A program made the position numbers and the translations under genes. Below, piece by piece: positions 1 to 8,937 of a DNA stretch of 54,262 nucleotides (the stretch's first letter is position 1; every line of letters starts with the position of its first letter). This DNA comes from a virus (lineage: Duplodnaviria; Caudoviricetes): positions 1 to 54,262 of IMG/VR virus record IMGVR_UViG_3300042935_001150; one strand, written 5' to 3'. The notes beneath the pieces were generated by a model. The model did no database searches. It was not told the DNA's origin and saw only the letters and a program-made list of their open reading frames with translations.

Positions 1-23
1 CTTGCTCTTTTACCACTTGCCAT
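1..23 (-). CDS. 5' end of an unidentified gene running off the window (MASGKRA...)
   Basis: ATG at 21-23 preceded by AAGGAAG and downstream of a consensus promoter. Only 7 codons are visible. Confidence 0.5.
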
Positions 24-65
24 AAACTTCCTTGTAAGGTTGATAAAATTAATCTGCCTGTTTAT

Positions 66-94
66 ATTATAGCAGACCTAGGTTTGCTTGTCAA
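66..94 (-). promoter_or_regulatory. sigma70 promoter
   Basis: Minus strand reads TTGACA (89-94), 17-bp spacer, TATAAT (66-71), with an extended -10 TG. Confidence 0.85.
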
Positions 95-102
95 ATATAA
101 AT

Positions 103-318
103 TTACTTCTTCTTGGCTTCTTCAACTTTAGTACCTTCAAGTTTTTGGTGCACTTTAATAGTTTTGCACTCTTCTTGAGGTTTACCTGCTTTATCTAAGA
201 TAACTTTACCAGCTTTATCTGTTTTTTCTTTACAGACTTTTTTAGTTTCTGCGGCTTCGCAAGCTAATGCAGAAACAAGTGCAAAACTAGCAATAATGGC
301 TACAATAATTTTTTTCAT
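103..318 (-). CDS. small exported Lys-rich protein, possible lipoprotein
   Basis: Signal peptide MKKIIVAIIASFALVSALAC followed by two further Cys. Confidence 0.7.
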   Translation of the reverse strand: MKKIIVAIIASFALVSALACEAAETKKVCKEKTDKAGKVILDKAGKPQEECKTIKVHQKLEGTKVEEAKKK

Positions 319-533
319 TTCTTTTCCTTAGTTGGTGCAAACTTTTCGCTTGCTGTAAATCCTAATCCTGCAATTACAATATACATCATAGAGTCAAATA
401 GTTTTGTGTCTATGGGATGCCCGAGTACCATTGCTATAAAAGCACCAGCACATAATAAAAATGCTAAAAAAGTAACTACTCGCTTACTACTAACAGTGTA
501 GTCTTCTGATAACATACATTTTAGTGGTTCCAT
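315..533 (-). CDS. small 2-TM membrane protein, holin-like
   Basis: Two hydrophobic segments, SSKR motif and basic C-terminus. Lies downstream of the endolysin. Confidence 0.6.
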   Translation of the reverse strand: MEPLKCMLSEDYTVSSKRVVTFLAFLLCAGAFIAMVLGHPIDTKLFDSMMYIVIAGLGFTASEKFAPTKEKK

Positions 534-989
534 TTAAATCTCCGGGTGCGGTGCTTGTTGAGGAGCAGGCTTACCATTAATGTAAATAATGTTAGTACTA
601 GGAGCACTGGTTCCATTAAAACCTTGAGTAGTAGAAAATCCTGGATTAAACGTAGGTTCTATTTTTACTGGATTAGCTTTAGCATAAGTATTTGAATTTT
701 CTTGTGCTTGTTTAATCATGTCGCGTTTCATGTCCATTTCTTCTTTGCTACCACCAGCTAACATAATTCCTGACAATGTACCTGTTAAGAAAGTAGCAAT
801 TGGAATAATCATTTCAAAAAACTTTTGGTCAATTGGGCTAATAGCGTTTAATGGCTGAGTAATAAAAATAATTGAGTATAGCACTACAAACACAATGCCA
901 GTTAGCGTAAGCGCAAGACAAATGCCAATAAAGAATTTTAGGCGCGCCATTAGCTGATCTTCAGTATAGATAATTGGATTACTTTCCAC
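534..989 (-). CDS. 2-TM membrane protein, holin-like candidate
   Basis: Start moved from 1067 to GTG at 989 because AGGAG lies just upstream and the overlap with the previous gene shrinks. Two TM segments and a Pro-rich tail. Confidence 0.6.
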   Translation of the reverse strand: MESNPIIYTEDQLMARLKFFIGICLALTLTGIVFVVLYSIIFITQPLNAISPIDQKFFEMIIPIATFLTGTLSGIMLAGGSKEEMDMKRDMIKQAQENSNTYAKANPVKIEPTFNPGFSTTQGFNGTSAPSTNIIYINGKPAPQQAPHPEI

Positions 990-1284
990 AGTTAGCTCCT
1001 TGTTTTTGTTGTACCACGCAAGCACCTGTTGGTGCAACTGATTGATTAAATGTTTGAGTTTGTCCATCTTTGGGAGGTCCTAATCTTGGATCACGTTGGC
1101 CTTTAAAAATATGTTCTGGACAAGTTCGGGTAACGTCACATACAGGTACTTTACAAAAATCTTTTTCCCAGTTTGCAGGGTCTTGACATGGGTATCGAAA
1201 GCTATCTTTACCAAAAAATGCTAAACCTACAGGTATTAACAATAGAGCTATCGCCCATTTAAATAATTTTAAATCATTGTGCAT
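979..1284 (-). CDS. membrane-anchored Cys-rich protein
   Basis: N-terminal TM segment followed by RYPCQDP...C..P.C....C. Confidence 0.7.
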   Translation of the reverse strand: MHNDLKLFKWAIALLLIPVGLAFFGKDSFRYPCQDPANWEKDFCKVPVCDVTRTCPEHIFKGQRDPRLGPPKDGQTQTFNQSVAPTGACVVQQKQGANCGK

Positions 1285-1434
1285 TTATAGTCCAATTTTT
1301 CCTAGTAGTAAGTTAACGATTTTGTCTGATAGATCATCTGGTAAGAATTTTAAAAATCCTAAGAAGTATAGTGCTACACATCCGTATACAAATATTTTTA
1401 AGCACATATCAAAGGTTTTTTGATACTCATTCAT
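1285..1434 (-). CDS. 49-aa membrane protein (not in the ORF track)
   Basis: Manual translation MNEYQKTFDMCLKIFVYGCVALYFLGFLKFLPDDLSDKIVNLLLGKIGL. ATGA overlap with the upstream stop, and its stop abuts the next ATG. Confidence 0.75.
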   Translation of the reverse strand: MNEYQKTFDMCLKIFVYGCVALYFLGFLKFLPDDLSDKIVNLLLGKIGL

Positions 1435-1928
1435 CTGCCACACCTATTACCTGTTTGGCAATATTGCATTAGTTCGTACCCGCCAATAAACATTATAAAT
1501 AAAACAAAAGCGGTTCCGCCAAGTATCATGGCCCATTCATTAAGCTCTTCTTCTTTTTGTTTACGCTTGCGTTCTTGCGCATTAAAAAGTCTTATGTCAT
1601 TAGCGTCATCAGCATCCATTTCTGCTTGGCGTGCTTTGATCTTGTTCCAAACATCAATTTTGCCTGTTTGCATAAATAGCATTTTGAGTTCTTCTTCAAA
1701 GGCTCTGGCTTGTTCTAGTGCCATCTCAATTTGAAGGGCCGTGCCCATGTTGTTGCCTTTTTTACTACTTTTAGCTTCCATTAAAGCTTTAGTAGCTGTA
1801 CTCTTAGCATCAAACATTTTACCGATCATTGGGGCCAATGACCCTAAATCGTTAGCAACTGCGCTTGCTTTTTTAACCATTGAAATGGCTGACTGTATCC
1901 CCGCTAGTGCGGTCATCGGATCTATCAT
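1431..1928 (-). CDS. helical protein with C-terminal TM anchor
   Basis: MIDP start with GGAG RBS, charged helical middle and a hydrophobic segment near the C-terminus. Confidence 0.75.
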   Translation of the reverse strand: MIDPMTALAGIQSAISMVKKASAVANDLGSLAPMIGKMFDAKSTATKALMEAKSSKKGNNMGTALQIEMALEQARAFEEELKMLFMQTGKIDVWNKIKARQAEMDADDANDIRLFNAQERKRKQKEEELNEWAMILGGTAFVLFIMFIGGYELMQYCQTGNRCGR

Positions 1929-1937
1929 ATTTATCTC

Positions 1938-2075
1938 CTATCGGCGCTTTTTACGCCATTCTAAACAAATTACTTTTCTTGAGTATACGTCTCCAGTCCA
2001 TGCCCACCTAACACATTCATATTCTTCAGGTTTGGCATAACTTAATGTTATTGAAATTAGCAAAGCGGAAAGCAC
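1938..2075 (-). CDS. 45-aa exported peptide with a Cys pair (not in the ORF track)
   Basis: GTG start with AGGAG upstream. MLSALLISITLSYAKPEEYECVRWAWTGDVYSRKVICLEWRKKRR fills the intergenic gap. Confidence 0.7.
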   Translation of the reverse strand: MLSALLISITLSYAKPEEYECVRWAWTGDVYSRKVICLEWRKKRR

Positions 2076-2078
2076 CGC

Positions 2079-2693
2079 TTAGGCTCCTAGTACATGCTTG
2101 GCATGTTCATAATGTTTTTTACGATCTTCTAGACCGATAGTACCCCCGTTAATACGTTTAGTTAGGGTTAAAATGTCGTCGGCATCTGCCCACTGATTCA
2201 ATTTGTTTGTTTCCCAAAACCAGCACGCGCTTTGTGCAGCACCTTCAAAGGTTTCCATGTATTCTGATGCGGCTTCAGGTGAAATTTCTATTGAAGCTGC
2301 AAACCAAAAGTAGTTGTCTTTGCCTGTTAGCTGAATTAAACCTCGACCAGAGTATCGATACCCGTCACCTGTTTCAGGTCCCCCATTGCCCATCCTGTTA
2401 GCATAAACTAAATTAGCAATTTTTTCTGGCTTGTTGGCATATTGTGCTGCCATTTCGTCAGTAGGAAAATATTTGCCAAAAATCTTGCGTAATGTAACTG
2501 CACGATAATTTAAATTTTCTTTGATTGCACGAAAATTACCTGACTCGTGAGCACATTGTGCTAAAAACGCAGCCATACGTTGGGGAGTATTGATCTCGTA
2601 ATCTGGTAATAGCTGTACTAAGGCTTTGTGCCAGTACTCTATGTAGGGATTTTTATCAACAATTTGTTTTAGTTGAGCTAGAGTTAGTTCCAT
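2079..2693 (-). CDS. endolysin, glycoside hydrolase family 19
   Basis: Motifs AAFLAQCAHES, ENLNY, YSGRGLIQLTG, SACWFW and TKRINGG. Confidence 0.92.
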   Translation of the reverse strand: MELTLAQLKQIVDKNPYIEYWHKALVQLLPDYEINTPQRMAAFLAQCAHESGNFRAIKENLNYRAVTLRKIFGKYFPTDEMAAQYANKPEKIANLVYANRMGNGGPETGDGYRYSGRGLIQLTGKDNYFWFAASIEISPEAASEYMETFEGAAQSACWFWETNKLNQWADADDILTLTKRINGGTIGLEDRKKHYEHAKHVLGA

Positions 2694-2956
2694 TATTTTA
2701 CGCTTTCATAAATGGTTTTTTGTTCACTGTACCAACGCTGCCAAGCTTCTAGTTTAACAGCACACATATAGTACTCTGTGTAATTAACTGTAACAGTTTT
2801 TGCTACATCCGACAGCTTAGCTGTTTCTGCTAATTTTTGCAGATTAGGACAAGGCTCTTGTACTAGTGTTCCGGGCGCTTGCGGAAACTTTGCAATAACA
2901 GGAACAGTTGTGCAAGCACTAAGTAGTAAAATTACTGGTATTAATAAAAACTTCAT
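2693..2956 (-). CDS. o-spanin (Rz1-like lipoprotein)
   Basis: Lipobox LLSAC and a Pro-rich N-terminal region. Overlaps the i-spanin stop. Confidence 0.8.
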   Translation of the reverse strand: MKFLLIPVILLLSACTTVPVIAKFPQAPGTLVQEPCPNLQKLAETAKLSDVAKTVTVNYTEYYMCAVKLEAWQRWYSEQKTIYESVK

Positions 2957-3372
2957 TTCTTTGGTGCCTCTGCTGCTTGGTTATGTACTACGACAAAATC
3001 TTTGGGAATTACGCAGTTAGCATCAAACTTAACAACTTCACGATCTACGTACTTTACAATATCTTGACCGCGTTGTTTGACTATTTGAGTTTTTGTTACA
3101 ATTTTTTCCACAATATCGCTATTAGCCGTTGCAGATTTAGCTTCTGCCTCAGCAACTTTTACTTCTAGATCTTTTATTTTGGCTAGCCATGCATCGTTGT
3201 TTGATATAGCACCTATCATATAAATGCTAATACCAACCGCTGCAACACTTGCTGCTTGAATTAACTGTGCATTTGGCAACAGTTTAACAAACTTAGTAAC
3301 TAAAAATGCAGCTACGCCTGCTAATAGCAGTGCATAAAATATCCAGTTAGGTAAAAATTGTAATATCCACAT
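2953..3372 (-). CDS. i-spanin (Rz-like)
   Basis: N-terminal TM segments, coiled coil and a C-terminal Cys. Adjacent to the lipoprotein and endolysin. Confidence 0.75.
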   Translation of the reverse strand: MWILQFLPNWIFYALLLAGVAAFLVTKFVKLLPNAQLIQAASVAAVGISIYMIGAISNNDAWLAKIKDLEVKVAEAEAKSATANSDIVEKIVTKTQIVKQRGQDIVKYVDREVVKFDANCVIPKDFVVVHNQAAEAPKK

Positions 3373-3373
3373 A

Positions 3374-4420
3374 TTATTCCATTAATTTAAGATTACTAAG
3401 TAATCGTGTATCACTAGGGGCAAACTCTAGTGCTTTCTTTATAAATTCTACAGCTTCTGTTTTAAAGCCTAAATTCCAAGCTGCAATAGAAGCATAATCG
3501 TATGGCTTTTCAGTCCAAACACTTGGATCCATAGTGTATACTAGTGCTTTATCTGTAATTGCTAGTGCTGACTTACACGCTGAGTAGCAATCTAACCACA
3601 TATTAAGCCTATAAGATGTTTCTGCAAGCCCTACCCAAGGTTCGCGAGTATTAGGTGCTTCAGCAATAGCTAAACGGAACATCTTAATTGACATTTCCCA
3701 ATTACCTAATTCTGAATAACATTTACCTAATAGTCTATAAGCATAGCAACGTTCGTTTACCCAGGTTGCTTCTGGCATTGCTAAATATTTATTAAGATAA
3801 ATAATAGCTTCATCCCAATTACTGTAAAAAGTCAACTCTCGTGCGTGATAGAACGCATTACGAGGACAATGTGGATCTTCTGCAATAGCCAGTTTTAGTA
3901 ATGGCATATACTGTCCACGTGACTTAGTATTATCAGGATGGTGGCTAACTAACAACATGTCAGTTTGCGCGTATATTTCTTTTGTGCGATTGTCTGGGCG
4001 AGGATATTCATGTACTGGGTGATGCCAGTGGTAACCTGTTCTATGATGAATCTTTTCATAGAAAAAGCTAATACCTTGACCCCAGTCAAATTTATAACGG
4101 AGTCTGGTTGTTTCTGCTGTCCATACTCGTTCGATTTCTTCTCGCCAACCTGGCTCTAAGACTTCGTCTAAGTCTAGCGAAATGCACACGTCGTAATCCC
4201 CAGGGATTAAATTTAGTGCAGTATCGCGTGCTTTGTCAAATCGCCAAGGCTTAACTGAAATATTGTATACCTCAGCACCGTATTTCTTGGCTTCTGAAAC
4301 TGTGTTGTCGGTGGAGCCAGTATCCGCAATTAAGATAAGATCAGCATCTATTGCGGATTTACAAAAACGTTCAACAAATTGTTCTTCGTTTTTACTGATA
4401 GCGTAAACTGCTATTTTCAT
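3374..4420 (-). CDS. family 2 glycosyltransferase with C-terminal TPR repeats
   Basis: Motifs KNEE, DTGSTDNT, F..ARD, DXD motif LDLDE and HE, followed by TPR-like helices. Confidence 0.88.
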   Translation of the reverse strand: MKIAVYAISKNEEQFVERFCKSAIDADLILIADTGSTDNTVSEAKKYGAEVYNISVKPWRFDKARDTALNLIPGDYDVCISLDLDEVLEPGWREEIERVWTAETTRLRYKFDWGQGISFFYEKIHHRTGYHWHHPVHEYPRPDNRTKEIYAQTDMLLVSHHPDNTKSRGQYMPLLKLAIAEDPHCPRNAFYHARELTFYSNWDEAIIYLNKYLAMPEATWVNERCYAYRLLGKCYSELGNWEMSIKMFRLAIAEAPNTREPWVGLAETSYRLNMWLDCYSACKSALAITDKALVYTMDPSVWTEKPYDYASIAAWNLGFKTEAVEFIKKALEFAPSDTRLLSNLKLME

Positions 4421-4455
4421 TTTTATTATTTTGGTTAGTTAAAAAGTAGTACTAA

Positions 4456-5472
4456 TTAAGTACTGTTGGCGTTAATAGTAAATGTATACGTTCCTATTAT
4501 TGGGCCCTCTGCATAGGCTTCTCTAAGTTGTACTGTATGAGTAGTGGGGCCTTCGGTTACACCATCGTTGCGTGGTTGTATATAAAATTTGCCTGAACCA
4601 TAAGTTTCTTTTCTGGTAGTATTTGTTGGGTTACCATACCCAGGTCGTACTACATTATCAAAGTACTCTGCATTTTTAACGTATATTTTTCCTGCAGGTA
4701 AAGCTTGAACAAATTGTGTACCTTCGTATTTATCATAAGCGTAAGTATAATACTGCGGGCTTGGATAGTTATAATTAATTGTAGTATTGTCAATACTATA
4801 GTATATAAACTGACCATCAGGGTACGGATCTGGATATATTTCACCAGTTGACATATTAATTGCGTTAACTCTAAATTCGTAAGTAGTTCCTTCGTTTAAA
4901 CCATTTTGAGTAATAGTGTTATTCCAAGCAGTATCAAAACTAAACGTTAGCGGTGCACTAGTATCTGCTATACTAATTACGGGGCTTGTAAGTACAACAG
5001 GGCCGCTAAGAGAAGCTTCTCGGATTTCTATTTGAAACGTTTCTGTGCCCTCAGTAGCGTTCTCGGGAATTACATATATTCCAAAACGACCTAGTTCTTC
5101 TCCGTAAGGGTTATTATACCAAGAGTAACCTGGATTGTATACTGATGTTCCCCAACCATTAGAATTAAATGTACCTGAAACTTCGCCGAAATCAGCTGCG
5201 GTTGTTGTTATGTGTTTGATTCTCCAGAACAGTGGTCTGATTCCAGCACCTGCACCATGTACATAAAATGTAAAACTATTGGCATTTAAGTTGTTGCTAG
5301 TTTCTAGTAAAACAGGCGGTACGGTAACTGCAGGAGAATCAGGATATGGTAAACCAGCGTAACCAAAAGGACTACTAACAAAACTATATGCTGCGCCTGA
5401 TGCAGGTATTGTGTTGCCTATGCTAGCAAAACCTAGCGCTTTACTAGCACCTGTAGAAAAAGATAATGGCAT
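4456..5472 (-). CDS. putative adhesin with Calx-beta/Ig-like domains
   Basis: TEGTETFQIEIR and DGVTEGPTTHTVQLR motifs. N-terminal peptide resembles that of 17592-18605. Confidence 0.65.
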   Translation of the reverse strand: MPLSFSTGASKALGFASIGNTIPASGAAYSFVSSPFGYAGLPYPDSPAVTVPPVLLETSNNLNANSFTFYVHGAGAGIRPLFWRIKHITTTAADFGEVSGTFNSNGWGTSVYNPGYSWYNNPYGEELGRFGIYVIPENATEGTETFQIEIREASLSGPVVLTSPVISIADTSAPLTFSFDTAWNNTITQNGLNEGTTYEFRVNAINMSTGEIYPDPYPDGQFIYYSIDNTTINYNYPSPQYYTYAYDKYEGTQFVQALPAGKIYVKNAEYFDNVVRPGYGNPTNTTRKETYGSGKFYIQPRNDGVTEGPTTHTVQLREAYAEGPIIGTYTFTINANST

Positions 5473-5481
5473 TAGGTGTCC

Positions 5482-6906
5482 TTATCCAAACTTTGTTTGC
5501 GAAACATACACTCTCCAATCTCCAGGAACTTTAACGATAAACATTACATAAAGATCGCTACCATTACCAGAAACAACAGTAGAACCTCCTTGAAACTGCG
5601 GTGTTACGGTTACACCGTCAATTTTAAATGCTGTAGGATAATAAGTAGTACCGTATAAATTTGTAACAAAAAAGTTTACTGTTATAGATTCATTGTTAGC
5701 AAGAATTGAGCCTAGTGTAGTAAAAATGTCACCACGTACATTTATAACAAAATTACTTGTTGCCTGGTTACTAAAAATTTTAATAGGTGCTTCAAGAACA
5801 TCAAGATTTACCTCTGATGTTTGTGACCAATTAAACGGATCAGTTATGGATACGTTTTCTTTAAAAGTTTTAATTGTTTTGTTGGATATAGATTGCGAGC
5901 CTGTTAGAGTAGCAAAATTACTAGTATTTACTGTAATTGCGGCATAGCCACCACTATTTGTACTTTGTGTTGTTGCAGTAACAGCGGAACCAACAAAGTT
6001 AAGATTAGTAAATGTACCTACAAAACCATCTTCATCCCAAACTGCTACACCTGTTTGTGAACCTGTAGGTCCTGTAATACCTTGGATACCCGTAGGTCCT
6101 GTGGGTCCTGCTATTGTTGAGGCTGCCCCTGTGGGGCCTGTAACACCCTGAATACCTTGAATACCTTGAATACCTTGTACGCCTTGAACGCCTGTTGGTC
6201 CTTGAATACCTTGAATACCTTGAATTCCTTGAGCACCCGTTGGTCCTACTATTGTTGAATCTGCTCCTGCTAAGCCTTGAGCACCTGTTGGTCCTGTAAC
6301 ACCTTGAATACCCTGAGTACCTGTAGGACCAGTAGTACCTTGAATGCCTTGAATTCCTTGAATTCCCTGAGCACCTGTAGGTCCTGTAGGGCCCGTAACA
6401 CCTTGGATACCTTGAATTCCCTGAGCACCTGTAGGACCGGTAGGACCTGTAACGCCTTGAGTACCCTGAGGACCCTGAATTCCGCTAGCACCACTTAAAT
6501 CTGTTGTATAAGTGTATGTTGAACCATTCCACAAATATAATTTTGCATCTTCTGCATTATTACTATTACCAGTATCAATAATTGCAAATTGTCCAGCTAT
6601 AATTCCTGTAGGAGAAGTATCGGCAGTTAATGCAGCAACACTAGGATAAATTTTTGCAATTGCAAAACCTAAACCTGTTGTTCCCGCAGGGCCTACAGAC
6701 CCCGTAGGTCCTGTAGCCCCCTGAATGCCTTGCGCACCTGTAGGTCCTGTAAGACTTGCTGGTCCTGCAATTATTTGATTGGGCCAAGACCCTGTAATTG
6801 TAACATTAGTACCTGCTACGAGTCCTGGAGTAGATGTGCCTGTGCCTCCCTTGGCTACAGGTAGTACCAGTGTAGGGTCAAGTGCGTTCTGAACAATTAA
6901 GGTCAT
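5482..6906 (-). CDS. collagen-like tail fibre with C-terminal adaptor-like domain
   Basis: Long G-X-Y runs (GPT/GIQ/GAQ). C-terminal ~110 aa are homologous to the end of 18617-21178. Confidence 0.8.
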   Translation of the reverse strand: MTLIVQNALDPTLVLPVAKGGTGTSTPGLVAGTNVTITGSWPNQIIAGPASLTGPTGAQGIQGATGPTGSVGPAGTTGLGFAIAKIYPSVAALTADTSPTGIIAGQFAIIDTGNSNNAEDAKLYLWNGSTYTYTTDLSGASGIQGPQGTQGVTGPTGPTGAQGIQGIQGVTGPTGPTGAQGIQGIQGIQGTTGPTGTQGIQGVTGPTGAQGLAGADSTIVGPTGAQGIQGIQGIQGPTGVQGVQGIQGIQGIQGVTGPTGAASTIAGPTGPTGIQGITGPTGSQTGVAVWDEDGFVGTFTNLNFVGSAVTATTQSTNSGGYAAITVNTSNFATLTGSQSISNKTIKTFKENVSITDPFNWSQTSEVNLDVLEAPIKIFSNQATSNFVINVRGDIFTTLGSILANNESITVNFFVTNLYGTTYYPTAFKIDGVTVTPQFQGGSTVVSGNGSDLYVMFIVKVPGDWRVYVSQTKFG

Positions 6907-6954
6907 AGATATTCCTTGTAATACTTACGTATTGTAAAATTTTGTTGATTTTGT

Positions 6955-6983
6955 ATTATACACCAAAATAGCTTATATGGCAA
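6955..6983 (-). promoter_or_regulatory. sigma70 promoter
   Basis: TTGCCA (6978-6983), 17-bp spacer, TATAAT (6955-6960) in an intergenic gap. Confidence 0.7.
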
Positions 6984-7018
6984 TACTAAAATTAACCTCG
7001 GTATCCTCGTGTATTTTA

Positions 7019-7408
7019 TTATTGAGGTATTGCCTGGGCTCGTGCTGATATAGGGCTGTAATCTTCCACCCAGCTAGTAGTAGCTTCGTTCCACGTAAAC
7101 ATCTTACCTTCTACAACTAAGATTGCAACAGGTGCTGTCCACAAGCAAGTTTCTTCAACCAAGATCCAGCTTGGGAATGGTTTAGGCGGAATAAATGCAT
7201 CACGACCTGCGTCGTAGGTATAATTAATACCGGCATAATTTTTGCGTAAAGGTATACCACCTAAAGTATGAATACCGCCATATGTATTGTTACTTGTTTG
7301 AATCCATTTTTCTACAGATCCAAATAGCCCGCTGTTAATTACGTCTTGTTCTGCAACAATAACTTGAATTACTATGTTATTGTCATCAATTTGAGCAAAA
7401 TGACTCAT
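7019..7408 (-). CDS. small fibre-associated protein (assembly/chaperone-like)
   Basis: Start moved to MSHFAQID (AAGGA RBS). RKNYAGI.YTYD..RDAFIPPKPFPSW is a pattern typically found after Gly-rich phage fibre genes. Confidence 0.65.
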   Translation of the reverse strand: MSHFAQIDDNNIVIQVIVAEQDVINSGLFGSVEKWIQTSNNTYGGIHTLGGIPLRKNYAGINYTYDAGRDAFIPPKPFPSWILVEETCLWTAPVAILVVEGKMFTWNEATTSWVEDYSPISARAQAIPQ

Positions 7409-7416
7409 TCTATTCC

Positions 7417-8937
7417 TTAAAAAGTAATTGACCCCGAGCTGGTCCATGTATATACTCTATACCCGCCAGCCACTGTTATTGTTGGACTACCTGTTGTAGA
7501 GGCTGCGGGTGAATATGAGTCTGCGTAGCGAATGATTACAATACCAGACCCACCACTTCCGGCAGCAGGTCCTGTTCCAGAACCAACTGCTATTGAAGCA
7601 CCTCCACCTCCACCTCCGGTCGCAAATACGCCATTGGCAGCGGTATAAGGACTAGTAGTATTATTAGCAGAACCACCCCCACCATTTCCACCCGTGCCTG
7701 CAGGCCATGTCAGGGTATAGACACCGCCTCCACCGCCGCCAGCTCTAAATACAGAGCTACCCGAAATTGAACTTGCAACACCCACTCCACCAGTACCTCC
7801 AAATTGCATAGTTCCGGGGGTTCCTGGAGCTCCTGCACCGCCGCCACCACCTGCTCCATATGCATCTCCAGTGCCGGAGACAGTGGAGATGCCCCCGACA
7901 TGTCCCTGGTTTGTTGTGGCTGTTCCATTTCCTCCGCCACTTCCTCCGCCACCAGAGCCGCCACCCGATCCAGCATTTGGATATGAAGCTCCACCTCCCC
8001 CACCAATTGAAGTAATTGTCGAGAATATCGAATTGGTACCATTGGGCGCAGTATTAACTCCATCTACTCCTGCTGCACCGCCTGCACCTACTGTGACTGT
8101 GTATGTTGTACCAAAATTAACAGCAACAGCAGACTCTGCAGACCCACCGCCACCAGACGTACCAACACTGGTACGATATCCACCGCCGCCGCCACCGCCG
8201 CCACTAGCGTAACTGGATGTTGATCTTCCTGGACCACCACCACCGCCACCTGCAACAACTAAAAAATCAACTGTGGGTGGCGGATTAACTGGAACCACTG
8301 TTATACTAAAACTGCGATCAGTGTCTTGGTTTTGAGCGTCTGTAGCACGTATTACAAAAGTATAAGTTGTTGCAGATGATACTGTAGGAGTTGTTCCAGA
8401 CAGAATACCTGTACTAGAATTTAGACTAATTCCAGTAGGTAGTGTACCTGAATTTATACTATAGGATACACTACTATCGCTTGTAGCAGAAACTGATACG
8501 TTTATAGAAGCAGACTGTATTGCAGTAACTAAAGATCCTGTTGCTGTTGACCAACTAGGAACACCTGAGTATTGTAGTCCAGGAACTGCTAATGCAGTTG
8601 ACCCATCTGTATTTACAACATAAATAATATAGCTACCGGCTGCTTGAGCAGATGCTGTAAAAGTAATTTGCGTTGAACTAACACGAGTAACTACACTTGC
8701 TAAAATTCCGTTTATCACTACTTTTACGCCAGGATTAAAATTAGTTCCTGTTAATGTAACAGTATCACCTCCTGTGATATTAACTGCAGTATCGTTACCA
8801 GGATATACAATAGCAGAAATGGTTGGAGAATTACCACCACCCCCACTGGTAGAGCCTGTTCCGCCTTTTGTTGCTGGGATAACTCCCTCGGGGCTTAGTG
8901 CCGAGGCGAGTTTTGATAAATAACGTGCAATTGCCAT
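7417..8937 (-). CDS. modular adhesin: IPT/TIG + Ig-like + glycine-rich tip
   Basis: TVTLTGTNF (TIG), GTLPTGISLNSSTG (putative Ig) and VVAGGGGGG...GGSGIVIIRY (Gly-rich domain). Confidence 0.75.
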   Translation of the reverse strand: MAIARYLSKLASALSPEGVIPATKGGTGSTSGGGGNSPTISAIVYPGNDTAVNITGGDTVTLTGTNFNPGVKVVINGILASVVTRVSSTQITFTASAQAAGSYIIYVVNTDGSTALAVPGLQYSGVPSWSTATGSLVTAIQSASINVSVSATSDSSVSYSINSGTLPTGISLNSSTGILSGTTPTVSSATTYTFVIRATDAQNQDTDRSFSITVVPVNPPPTVDFLVVAGGGGGGPGRSTSSYASGGGGGGGGYRTSVGTSGGGGSAESAVAVNFGTTYTVTVGAGGAAGVDGVNTAPNGTNSIFSTITSIGGGGGASYPNAGSGGGSGGGGSGGGNGTATTNQGHVGGISTVSGTGDAYGAGGGGGAGAPGTPGTMQFGGTGGVGVASSISGSSVFRAGGGGGGVYTLTWPAGTGGNGGGGSANNTTSPYTAANGVFATGGGGGGASIAVGSGTGPAAGSGGSGIVIIRYADSYSPAASTTGSPTITVAGGYRVYTWTSSGSITF

